The notes below the pieces were generated by a model. The model did not search any database and was not told the origin of the DNA. It saw nothing but the letters and a program-made list of their open reading frames with translations. DNA of 64,000 nucleotides from NCBI GenBank assembly GCA_951406725.2, contig OX597818.1:22568001-22632000 (forward strand). Reading direction: 5' to 3'. This document shows positions 42,261 to 54,618 of the stretch, in pieces. This DNA is from Octopus vulgaris (Eukaryota). A program made the translations under genes and the position numbers. Each line of letters starts with the position of its first letter. Positions within the stretch are counted from its first letter, which is position 1.

Positions 42261-43299
42261 TAGGGATTGGAGGAACCTATGATACAAGGTCTCTAAGCTG
42301 TTCAAATGTGCAAATGTGTGACTAGTCATAGTTAATAGTTTCTGCTATCTAGGAGGTGTTTGCAGTCATAGAAGAGTAGCGAGTGTGTGTTATGACAGAT
42401 ACATAAGAATATTTGGTAGTTAGAGGAACCTATAGTGTAATGCTTCAAATTTGCCCCTATATTGCAAATAAACTATTCCATCTTGTCTTAGAATCATTGA
42501 GTAAAGACAATTCATGGGTATTGTCTTCTTTAACATATTTCTGATGGATTACAATTTTTGGGGAGGCCTTCGAAATGAAAAGGTACGTTTTTTCACTTTT
42601 TAATGAGATAGCCATGTGTGACTAAGCATAGTCAATAGTTCCTGTTACCTAGATAATTGTAGTCAAGAAGAGAAAAAGCAACACCCGTGGCCCATCGTTT
42701 TCTTAGGACCCCCGAGATTGGTAGAAGGAAGGGAAGATATTATTCTGAAACTAGAAACCTGACCGGAATACTTACAATAGATTGCAATCTGCTAACGGTA
42801 CCCAAGTACCGGTTGACGGTTTAAAGCTATCAGCCAAGAACTCAGGGGGAGAACAACTGGAACATATATTGTACTTTCTAAAATGTTCACTTGTCTACTG
42901 ATATTGGACTGATACTTATTTTAGCGACTTCCAAAATACTGAAAGCCCAAGTTGACTTCAGTGGGATTTGAAGTCACAGTGAAGATTGCTGACAAAATAC
43001 TTACAAAGGCATGTTCCCCTATGCCTAAACAACTCTCCCAGTTCTCCAGATGTAGTAAGTGTAATAAATACATCAGGTTAGGAGCACCCATAAAATTTAG
43101 TCTCTCAACCAATCATAGTTGATAGCTTCTGTTACCTATGCGATATATTTAGTCCTGTAGACGATTGATAGTGTTAGTATCGTCCGTGAAATTGAACCAG
43201 AAGCTCAAGGAACACTTACGTTTATTGGTAACAAGCAGTTTTTTTTATGCAGACTGTACGAAGCACGTAAAAGAATTGTGATGATGCAAATTTGTGAGC

Positions 43300-44140
43300 C
43301 AAAAAGAGTTTATTGTTTTTGGTTATGTCGCTAAATTGTAGTTTTGTAACAAAAAAACACAAACGCAGAAAAGGCTGTCTGCTTCGATGGAAGTTGAAGG
43401 GATATTGCTGAGGACGAAGAATAATTTCTGCATATTAACGGTTCTATGTTCTGTAATTTCAATAATTTTCATCCCTTTTACAATATTTTTCTTTCTTTAA
43501 ATCATAAAATAGTCGAATGCTTTCTCGATTATTTTAAACACCTTTACTAATGACAAAGTTTAATCGCTTTTATACGAACGTTTCTTTTGATGAGGTCTAT
43601 ATTTCCATTATTCTGTATTTGGATTCAGAAAAGAAAATTGAATATTCTTTCAAACGGTTTCTTTGCGATGGCAAAATTAGAAATGAGTCAAGTACATCTA
43701 AAATTAAAATGAGATTATTGAAAATATTTCAACTATCCAATCAGATGTCTATTTCTTGGCTGTTGGGTTCTTTTCTTCCCACATTTTCTCAGCAAGAGGG
43801 ACATTGAAGTATTTTGTTGAAGAAGTTTGCACCTCTTTATCAAGTTTTTCAGCTTTAATTTTAATTGGTTCCAATGCTGATACAACAGCATGAATAGCAT
43901 GAAATTTATTGTCTGAAAATCTGAGAGGTTGCTTCTTATCGATCATAACGTTGCAAAACAACTTTTAAGGACACAAACATTGCAAATAAACTATCCTATC
44001 TTGTCTCAGTATCATTGAGTAAAGACAATTCATGGGTATTGTATTCTTTAACATATTTCTGATGTATTGCATTTTATGTGGGAGACCTTCGAAATGAAAA
44101 GGCACGTTTTTTTCATTTTTTAATGACACAGCCATAGCTG
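43300..44140 (-). pseudogene. hAT transposase remnant
   Basis: Minus strand: RRSPT..QKYVK, LLNDTETR*DSLFAM (DxxTRWNS), ALEPIKIKAEKL, LSNIPSTSIEADSLF (dimerisation domain). Confidence 0.75.
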
Positions 44141-45049
44141 TTTTTCTTCAGCGAGAGTGTCTTCTGCAATGGGAATCATTCCACTTAGTTCAGTTCACTG
44201 TAGATCGACATAATTATTAAACACATTCATAATTACAGAATCTACATTTTGATCATCCTAGTCAAATGTACCGTCAAACTCATCGTTGCAAACGTCATTA
44301 GTTAAATTAACCTAACTGCGGTTTGATTAAGCTTTTTTTTTCTATAAAGAACCACATGAAGTTCATGTTCACAGAACCGCCTAAAGGTATGGCAAACTGA
44401 GCTGTTGCCCAGAGGCTTCACGGGTCTAGGAACCCAATTCTGATCTGCGCATGCTGTAGCTTGCCGCCATTAAGTAAATACTATAGGGCTGCTCAGTGCA
44501 TTGATTTTCCGGGAGGACTATAATGCTGCATGTATGTAATACACGTGATGCTTGCAATTAATATCTTTACGAAATTTAACCATGACAATAACTCCATCAG
44601 ATTCAATTGCCACTATAGATTTTCACAATGGAGGCTAAATTCAGAAAGTCTTATTCTTAAAAGTTCGGTAATTTCTTCAGCAAATAAAATTCTGACAATT
44701 TCTAAATTCCAGAATTTGCCAAATGATTGTACATTTACATAAAAAGTATTCTTTTCTTTTAGTTATTTCACTAATCACGAATTTCTTCTAAATCATCTCT
44801 GTATCGAATCATCTGTGATCGACGAGAACCATTCGTTGGTAAAACCAAATATTTATCGGTTATAACTTTCCCTAATAAATTCCTATATATTAAGCGAAAA
44901 ATCCTGCTTTGGTTATCGTCTCTTTCTCACTGCGCTGCTTGGTTTTGGGGTACCCTGAACAGTATAAATTTCTATTGCATAATATAATTTGTACCTACAC
45001 AGATGATGTGTTGGATCAACTGTTGTCTATTGAATGAATATAATAATAA

Positions 45050-47166
45050 CACTGGTCTACAAGGCTTTTGGTGTTTAAAAATGTACATCATTCCTATACA
45101 AAATCGGTCTCCTGAATCCAAGTATAACTTTCTTTTTGACTTATCAGATCTAATTTTTTAAAGTTATTGAACATCCCTATAATCACTATGTATGTGTGTA
45201 CGTCCAATACGCAGTGTTCGTTACCTTATTCTAATTCTAAGTTTTTTTTTCTTTTTCCATACTTTTTAGATGTTATGGTGAACTAAGCAATAGAAAATGA
45301 ACAAGATGTCCTCTTCAAGAAAGTGTTGCATTAATTCTCCAAATGTGCTTTGTTATGTTTGTGGACAATACACATTACCTGAAAATCGAAAAAATGCCAC
45401 TGATTTTGTTGAAAGAGCGTATTTGTCATATTTTGGGGTCAAGCTGGGAGACCAAGATAAATATAGGGCACCGCATAGTGACTGCAAACAGTGTACAGAA
45501 CATTTGTGAGAATGGACTAAAGGGACAAGGACAAGTATGAGAGTTGCTATACCAATGGTATGGCGGGAACCCTATAATCATGCGGATGACTGCTATTTTT
45601 GTAAACTAAATTTGAAGGGTATTAACCAGAAAAATCGACAAACAGATAACTTTATCCTTAACCAAAGAAGATTCATCACCTGAAGGAGACACTAGAAATC
45701 AAGACTTTTCAGTTGAGATTTTACCTCAGCTTTTCTCCCAGGCAGAGATGAATGATCTAGTTCGTGACTTGAACCTCCCAAAAAGTTCTGCAGAACTGTT
45801 GGGTTCTCGACTGAAAGAGAAGAGTCTTCTAGAGAATGGTGTCGGTATAACATCTTATCGGAGTCGGCATGAGGAGTTCCTTTCTTTTTTCACAAAAGAA
45901 GAAGAGCTGGTTTACTGGAGAGATGTCAGTGGGCTTCTTACTAAACTTGGCATTGAGGAATACAAATCAGAGGAATAGCTTCCTTTTATAGACAGCTCTA
46001 AGCGTAGTTTAAAGTGTGTATTGTTGCACAACGGAAATGTGTATGACTCTGTCTCACTCGGCCACTCAACAACTCTGAAGGAAAAATATGAAGAAATTAG
46101 GTTGGTTTTAGAGAAGATATTGTATCATGACCATAATGGGTCATCTGCGTTGACTTAAAGATGGTGAATTTTCTCAAGAGACAGCAATATAGTTATACCA
46201 AATACCCATGCTTTCTTTGCATGTGGGAAAGTAGAGACCAAGGAAACCATAATGTTAAGAAAGACTGGCTGCCTCGAACAAATATGGCTCCATGTAGAGC
46301 TGCCAATATATTGGAAGAACCTTTAGTTGGGCGAGATAAGATCATTTTCACCCCCTTTGCACATCAAACTCGTATTGATCAAGCAATTCGTCAAAGCTCT
46401 TGACAAAAATGGGGAGTGCTTCAAGTATATCTGCAGTGTATTTCCAGACTTGACGATTGAAAAACTTAAAGTAGGAATTTTTGATGATCGACCACAGATC
46501 CGTAAGCTCTTGAAGGACACAAATTTCATGAAAGTAATGAGCGAAAATGAAGCATCAGCTTGGCTAGCCTTTGCAGAAGTAGAGCAAAATTTCCTTGGGA
46601 AACACAAAATGAAAAATATAAAAACCTTGTTACCAACCTGATATCAACTTTTCGTGATATTGGCGCGAATATGAACATCAAAATGCATTATCTTTTTAGT
46701 CATCTTGATTGTTTTCCTGAAAATGTCGGAGATGTTAGCGATGAACAAGGCGAATGATTCTATCAGGACATCAAGGAGATGGAAACTCGGTACCAAGGAC
46801 GTTTGGACGCTGTGATGATGACAGACTATTGCTGGCGTTTTAAACGAGATACTCCTGTTGCTCAACATTCGCAGTGCACAAAGAAGCGCAAATTCATTCC
46901 TTGAATATTCTGCCAAAAATCTTAACCAATGTGCTTTTTCAATTTTGAATTTTTATTTGTACTTCGTTTTGTTTTGTGTTACGATCTCGTTATTGATTCA
47001 AACTATATGCCTTTTGAATGAATAAGATACTCTATCAGGTTTAGTCAGAAAACTAGACCTGATAGAGAAAAACTGAAGTTGTTTTTGAATTTAGCAGGTA
47101 CAATCACTTAAGAATTCGTTGATTCAAGGCACCAGACAAAAAGAAAAGAAAAATTGTTGCCCAGTG
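45050..47166 (+). mobile_element. Near full-length Chapaev3-like DNA transposon, transposase pseudogene (ATG 45297 to about 46903)
   Basis: TAA|CACTGG...CCAGTG|TTA (CAC..GTG termini, TWA flanks); CINSPNVLCYVCG, LGDQDK..APH, PMVWREP.NH.DDCYFC, NDLVRDLNLPK, FIDSSKRSLKCVLLHNG, VDLKMV, YTKYPCFLC, PPLHIKL, KMHYLFSHLD.FPEN.GDVSDEQGE. Confidence 0.82.
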
Positions 47167-47849
47167 TTATTTCCTGCAGACATACAGTTGACCAAATACA
47201 ATGTTGAAGCTTACAGATAGAGTTTGAACTCTGTCATAGATCCAAAGCTATTAATTACTGTTGAGCGCGTTACCTTCTGTGCCACCAATATAGACATGAT
47301 ATTAATATCAAGAAAAATTGTATTTAGATAATAGTGATAATGATGGTTTCAAATTTTGGCACAAGGCCAGTAATTTTGGGGGGTCGGGGTTAGTTGCATG
47401 ATTATACATTTTGTGATTATAGTTTACATGTTTTCAAAATAATTAGTGATTGAAGTTAAACAAAGTTCCATATCATACATTTAAGAAGATTAATATTGCT
47501 TATTGATTAGTTATCATTATTCTTATTCATGTAACATCTTGCAAGAAGTAAATCAATTCTATAAATGTTTTCCAAGCGCAGCTTAGTAAACAAGCTCGCT
47601 TGTCACTTTTAACTATTAGATTTATGGAAAAATCTCGTACATTCATGGGAAAAAATCTATCAATATCATTTACTTTGAATTATATTTCTTTTATAGTTCC
47701 AATCTGTTTTTCCTTCAAGGAAGTTATTTTCTGTTGGCCAATTCTTTTTAGTTATACTAGTTTCTGAGAGAATATCTTTGTGAACAATCTTTAAATCGCA
47801 TAAAAGGCCGCATGTTGAACTTTCTGAGCCTTTTAAGACTGTCTTTGCG

Positions 47850-48040
47850 CCGGACAGAATGCTTAGCAGCATTTCTTTTAGCTCTTTATGTTTTGAGTTC
47901 AAATGCAGACGAGGTCAAGTTTGCCTTTAATTCTTTCAGGATCGATTAAATAAGTACCAGTTAAGTAATGAGGCCGATGTAATCGATTATCCTCGTCCTC
48001 TTAAAATTGTTGCCCTTGTACCAAATCTGAAACAATTTTA
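47850..48040 (+). mobile_element. Diverged SINE family A
   Basis: GAGTTCAAATGC..GAGGTCAAGTTTGCCTTT..TAAGTACCAGTT. Confidence 0.7.
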
Positions 48041-49399
48041 TAATTAATTTTGAAGTAATATTGTCTAGAATTCTAGAAGAAAATACAATCCATGGAATTC
48101 TTGATTGCATATTTAGCTAAATTTTCCAAAAATTTGGGACCCAGAAATCCCGAGAAAGAAGACTTATTGTCTACTCAATCAAAACAGCCTGTGTTATCAA
48201 GAAATACAAAATAATACGAAATCAAAGAATATAGTAATATTATCAATAAGAAGAAACTATCATTTTGCCAACATTTGGGTCGATACTCCAATTTCCTCCC
48301 TTCAGTTTTAGAGCCCCGCAAAAGTCATGGGTGCTACCGTTCTTTCTTTGAGTAAGGCTTGTTAAGATTTTACTGTAGTAATGGCAACTAGAATAACAGA
48401 AGCCCCAAGATGAGGGTGCTTTTTAAGATTGTCGTACAGTAAAGAAAACTGTCAATAAAGTGCTAATTGGCTTAAAGTCTCTATGTTATTGCTTGATTTG
48501 TTAGACATAGTAGTGAAATCTCTTCCAAACCAACCCCTAAGGTTATAGTAAATGAAAGACACATTGGCTAATGTAACCTTTCATATACCATGATTGAAAA
48601 TAATACATGATGGTCATCGTTGGAACGCTGTTGATCATTGGTCTGCTCCGCCAGAGTTTAGCTTGGGTTGAACAACAACCTTCATTACAGCAATTTTGAG
48701 CGTTTTATTTTCTATCATAAAATATTTAACTATATTCAGAATAAGTCATGTAGTTATGTAGATTTAGCTGTTTATCTATTTTGTCTCCTTGCTGGGAGAT
48801 TAAGTGGCTCTGAAATCATCTATAATTCTTATGTGAAATGTGGAGAGGCAGAGAAGAGCTTTACAGTTTTTATTAGTTAAATATTTATATAGCTTAATTT
48901 TGATGTAAAAGATAAGGCAGACGCTCGATGGTGTAATTTGTAATAGTCATTTACAATGCGATAAACATGAAGTCTGAGTACGTCAAAGGGTATGTTCACT
49001 TTGTATCCTAGATTACAGCTTATCATGTAATTCCCTATATGTGTGTGTGTGTGTATGTCTGTGTGTGTTTATATGTGTGTATGCGTGTATGTGTGTATGT
49101 GTGTGTGTGTATGTGTATGTTTGTGTGTGTGCGTGCGTGTGTGTGCGCGTACGTGCGTGCGTGCGTATGTTTGTATGTGTGTGTGTGTGTGTGTGTATGT
49201 GTGTGTGTGTGTATTTGTGATTAATTCAGTAATAATTTCGAAATGATTCTAACAAGTTGCAGCTTGTTAGAATAAAAGCAAATGAATTTCAGAAACTCTG
49301 TTTGCTATATACATTTAGATTATGTAGAGTACATACACACATATACATATATACATACATACATACATACATACATACATACATACATACATACATACA

Positions 49400-49433
<34 letters not shown>

Positions 49434-49645
49434 CTACCAACAGATTTGCAAAGAAACTAGAAATACTCGACGCGGAATCTTAATAATGGTACAATAAAGA
49501 TTTGTAATTACGGAGATGTACTTGCCTAGCAAGTGACCTGATCTGAGATCGTGTGCTAAAACAGAAACAATTGCAGCATAGAAGGTGTTTATAAGCCACT
49601 TAAAAACACAAGAACCGTTAGATTCACTTCAACATTTAAATTTAA

Positions 49646-49696
49646 TTTGCCAAAATATTTTCGTCGCCTTGAAACTGCGACCTGTTCACTGACAAA
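49646..49696 (-). ncRNA. Minimal type I hammerhead ribozyme candidate with G3:C8 core
   Basis: TTTGTCA-GTGAACA-G-GTCGC agtttcaag GCGAC-GAAA-ATAT-TT-TGGCAAA: 7-bp stem I, 5-bp stem II, palindromic stem III. Confidence 0.7.
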
Positions 49697-50948
49697 ACTC
49701 CGTGGGGAACTCTCCTAAGTGAGAAAGTCTTGTCGCTTTGTTAGCGACCAGCTTGAACTCCCTTAAAAAGAACTTAAATAGAACTAAAAGAAATCATACT
49801 TACAAACATACATGTACATCTGTGTGTATTATGTATAAATTTTAATTTGGGGTTTGTTATTTTAAGGAAATTTTATAACGATATCAGCAGAATACTTAAT
49901 AATGTAGGATCCCGTAGAAAAAGCAGAATCAGTTTTAATTAAAAAAAGAAGCTTTTTCACTTGAACATTCTGTTTTGTGTATGTATGTATGTATGTATGT
50001 ATGTATGTATGTATGTATGTATGTATGTATGTATGTATGTATGTATGTATGAGTGTGTATGTGTGTGTATGTTTGTATGTACGCATGTATATAGTTTTAT
50101 ATACATGTTTGCACCTATGCGAATGTATATGTGTGTATCTGTGCGATTGTATTCATGAATGGCTACATATTCAAAGACGCAGGCATGGCGGAATAGTTGA
50201 GAAGTTCGCTTCAGAACCACGAGGTCACAGGTTCGATCTCACTTCGTGGTATTTGGGGCATATGTCGGGTCGACCTTAAACTTCTAAAGGAAAATGGATA
50301 CACGGAAATGATAGAGATTTGCATGTTAGTTTGATTCGCATCCGTAATTCAAACCATCTTGCTTCTTTTAAACTGTTTTCATGCTGATTTACGCGACATT
50401 ATATCTAGAATATACGTATCAGTGGAATTCTCATTCGCTTATATTATCGTTGAATGAGAAGGTAGTTCAGTTGATGGACACAATTGAAATAATCATTGTC
50501 AAGACAGATGAAGATCGATTTATTTTTTTTGCCGAAGACAGTTGGCCTTTCCAGCTCGGAGTTGATAATATTTTTGCTTATTTGTTGTGTATTAATAATT
50601 TCCTCAATATGTGAAACCTGTTTGCATTATACGCATTACAGGACCAACCACTCGCCGAACTTTTGAAACAGCTGTAAAGCTATATCTTCTTGTAATATGA
50701 ATATATATGTTACATCGCATGTAAATTAATTACTCATAACTGTGTGTTCATCTTTGGCCTATTTTTTACTCGTTCGAGTTAGGAAATTTTTATGGTCAGT
50801 CCCTGTTCAGCTCGACTATTTTTACCTTGATTAGGAAGAAAGAGTTTAAGAATGTGACCAGTCAGTGCACTGATTCGGTGCTTATCTAAATAAAGAAATA
50901 TATACATATATATATAAATACTTCCATTATGCATATATACATTTATAT

Positions 50949-51007
<59 letters not shown>

Positions 51008-51458
51008 TGCAACACATATTTTGGTCGGATAACTTTTTTGCTATCCTGGAGTTTTTACTTGTGTACTCACAGGGTTATCAGGCAACTTGTAAAGTGTGTC
51101 GTATGTGTGTATATGTCTCTGTGTGTGTATGTTTCTGTGTGCGTGTATATATGTGTATGTCTATGTGTGAGTGTGTGCGGGCGCGCACATGTGCACATAG
51201 AGGTGTCTTTATCCTTATGTCAGTAGAGGTAGCTGTCAGCGGGGGTATTTGTAGGAAGTAGAATATGATCCTTTGTTGGCCCCTTAACTACAGTATTTGT
51301 TTAGGGGTGTTTGGACAAAAATCTAGTTTAATCCTCTAAACTAATCCCATTGTAATCTTACTTAATCTCCTTTATGTTATGGTGTTGAGGTGTTTTGTCC
51401 TCTGACTGTATGCCTGCGTGCGTGCAGGTGTTTGTATATGTGTGTATATATGTACGCA

Positions 51459-51546
<88 letters not shown>

Positions 51547-51604
51547 CATCCATCTTTCTATCTATCTACCTATCTATCTGTCTGCCTATTTATCAGTCTG
51601 ACTG

Positions 51605-51697
<93 letters not shown>

Positions 51698-51735
51698 TTG
51701 TCTGTCTGTCTGTTTGTCAGTCTGTCTATTTATCA

Positions 51736-51789
<54 letters not shown>

Positions 51790-51821
51790 TTGTCTGTTTG
51801 TCTGTCTGTCTGTCTGCCTGC

Positions 51822-51855
<34 letters not shown>

Positions 51856-51969
51856 AACTATATACAGGTACGTACGTTTGTGTGAGTATATCTTTATAAT
51901 ATAATAACATAATATAATATAATATAATATAATATAATATAATATAATGTAATATAATATAATATAATA

Positions 51970-52990
51970 CCGCTTTAGAAGGATCCTAGACAAACTTAAG
52001 CTAAGAATTAAGGTTGTTGAAAAGCCAGGCAACCCTATCAAATCTATAATTGGTAGAACCTATCCTTTTAGTAGAACCCCCTGTACGGATAAGTAATGTC
52101 CTGTATGTAGATTTAGCCCACAAACAAACTGTAAAGCCAGAAATGTAGTCTATAGTATAAGATGTATAGAGGGACGATGCAGTAACAAGACAACGACATA
52201 CGTAGGGGAAACGGCAAGAAGCATAGGAGAGCGGGTAAATGAAACATTGGAGACAACTCAAGGAAGGTAAAAGCTCATCGATTCTGTACCAACACGCCGA
52301 ACAGGAACACGGGGGATCAATCAACAATATAGAAATTAAAATATTGTCCACACATAGAACAGATGCAACAATCAGACAAATTACAGAAGCTACACACATA
52401 ATAGAAAACAAACCTAGCCTGAATAGAAAACTAGAATGGAGCACTAGCACACACCACAACATATGACGATAGAGGATCCCGAAAACATAATAAATACACA
52501 GATAAATAAACAAATAGAAATAAATAACTATATATATATATTTTTATTCGATTCGATTTATTATTATTATTACTAGTATTGTTGTTATACATACATACAA
52601 GCATATGTAATGATAATAATAAGTGGATGTAAACATATGAACAAAATAAGAATAAACAAAAACAACAACAACAAAAACAAAATACAAATTACATGAACGT
52701 ATATAAACAGAAGATACAAATATTACAGGCATCCCTCCACATACACACACTAAATAAACATAGACGCACATAGAGATATAAGCATGCGCAAATGAAGACA
52801 TACAATAGAAATACAAAATGGCTGACGGTTAGTAAGGAGAGACACAAATAAGAAAGAAGAAAACAAAGGACCACTGACGCGGTCACAGGAGTGTGACGAA
52901 AGAACTCTGGCCGAAATAAGATTAAGATTAATGTAAAAAATAAATAACACTGGAGCAAAATAACACCTAATATATAGTGCGTGTGTTTTT
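51970..52990 (+). mobile_element. Penelope-like element 3' fragment (GIY-YIG endonuclease plus downstream pseudo-LTR region)
   Basis: IKVVEKPG..CTDK*CPVC..NCKARNVVYSIRC...TYVGETARSIGERVNE/HW..SILYQHAEQEH..IRQITEA.HI..KPSLNRKLEW; hammerhead-like motif about 400 bp downstream on the same strand. Confidence 0.88.
52869..52911 (+). ncRNA. Minimal hammerhead candidate in Penelope 3' region
   Basis: CCA-CTGACGC-G-GTCAC aggagt GTGAC-GAAA-GAAC-TC-TGG; A9 replaced by C. Confidence 0.6.
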
Positions 52991-53036
52991 ATTGGCTAAA
53001 TTGGCAAAATGACCATTCCGAAATATATCAATATAT

Positions 53037-53115
<79 letters not shown>

Positions 53116-53344
53116 CTTATGCATTGCAATACTAATAACCATGTTTAGAACTCAATATACATATGTTTCAGAACAAAGCGTTAGTCGAGTAAAGAGCGGT
53201 TATAAGAAAAGGAGATAAAGAAATAAACGATTAACTTATGAACTTCAACAGCTGTAAGCTAAGGAAATTCATAAAGATAATCTTTATTTCGTTGTCATCC
53301 CTAATTTCTATCATATATATATATATAAGTATTGTTTAATAAAT

Positions 53345-53585
53345 GACAATATATGCATTTATGTGCAACTATTAGTTTCATGTTCTGAGAGCATGCCAAA
53401 CAGTGCGTTTTAACGCATCTGGTATCCTAGCATAATTATCATACACAGCCCATATGGCGTAATTCGTTATGCCATATGGGTAGCGTCTGATGATTGTGCT
53501 AGGATACCAGGCATATTAAAAACACTGTTTGGCATGCTCTCAGCACATGACACTAATAGTAACACACAAATATCATACATTGTGT
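53345..53585. repeat. Long imperfect palindrome (MITE-like), ~115-bp arms
   Basis: CTGAGAGCATGCCAAACAGTG..GGTATCCTAGCA..CCCATATGGC / GCCATATGGG..TGCTAGGATACC..CACTGTTTGGCATGCTCTCAG. Confidence 0.85.
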
Positions 53586-53647
53586 TTGTCAAATAATATT
53601 TATCTCCCACGTTATTTTGCTGCTCTTACCATCACGGGACAGTACAC

Positions 53648-53681
<34 letters not shown>

Positions 53682-53774
53682 TGTATGTATGTATGTATGT
53701 ATGTATGTATGTATGTATGTATGCATGTATGTATGTAGAAGGTTGAAAAGAAACACACGAGTTAATATTATAAG

Positions 53775-54110
53775 GAAAAAAGTCAAAGTAGAAAATACTA
53801 AAATAATTTTACCATAAAAACTATTTTAGTACCGGTTTCTGCCGTTGAGACTTTTCAACTCTAAGTATGGAAAAGAATTAACTTTTGGAAAAATTAAATG
53901 GAAAGTTTTTTAAAAGAATATTTGCATAGTATTCAAATACAAGGGGCAATTTCCTTGTTTCTGCCTGTCTCTGTCTCTCTTGTTTACTCTTGTGGGTTCG
54001 AACCCGCAAGAGTAAACAAGAGGAACAGAAAAAAGTTTCAATGACTGAAACCGCTACCAAAATGTTTTGTATGATAAAATTATTTTAGTATTTCCTACTT
54101 GAACTTTTTT

Positions 54111-54112
<2 letters not shown>
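53775..54112. repeat. Inverted repeat element with ~80-bp arms and an internal 46-bp palindrome
   Basis: Arms 53775-53856 and 54030-54112; CTCTTGTTTACTCTTGTGGGTTC|GAACCCGCAAGAGTAAACAAGAG at 53977-54022. Confidence 0.85.
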
Positions 54113-54156
<44 letters not shown>

Positions 54157-54194
54157 CATACATACATACACATATATCTATATCTATCTATCTT

Positions 54195-54335
<141 letters not shown>

Positions 54336-54354
54336 AGTGTAATCAAATATTTTT

Positions 54355-54433
54355 ACTTTCGACACATGTTTCGAAAATTCCACTGATACTATTCAAAATG
54401 GTATAAACAATGCAATCTTCTCCTCAGGAAAGT
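54355..54433 (-). ncRNA. Type I hammerhead ribozyme with canonical core
   Basis: ACTTTC-CTGAGGA-GAAGATTGCATTG..CAGTGGAATTTTC-GAAA-CATGTG-TC-GAAAGT: 6-bp stem I, ~12-bp stem II, GUC cleavage triplet; within a ~140-bp insert between two (TA)n tracts. Confidence 0.8.
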
Positions 54434-54466
54434 GAAAAAAACGAAACTCGTCAATAAGACATTTTA

Positions 54467-54524
<58 letters not shown>

Positions 54525-54586
54525 GCGTATCTATATATGTGTGTGTGTGTGTGTGTGCGTGCGTGCGTGTGTGTGTGTGTGTATTG

Positions 54587-54618
<32 letters not shown>

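Noticed and set aside
50660-50685. GAAACAGCTGTAAAG hammerhead 3' half (similar near 53245)
   Set aside because: Matching 5' core and stems not found
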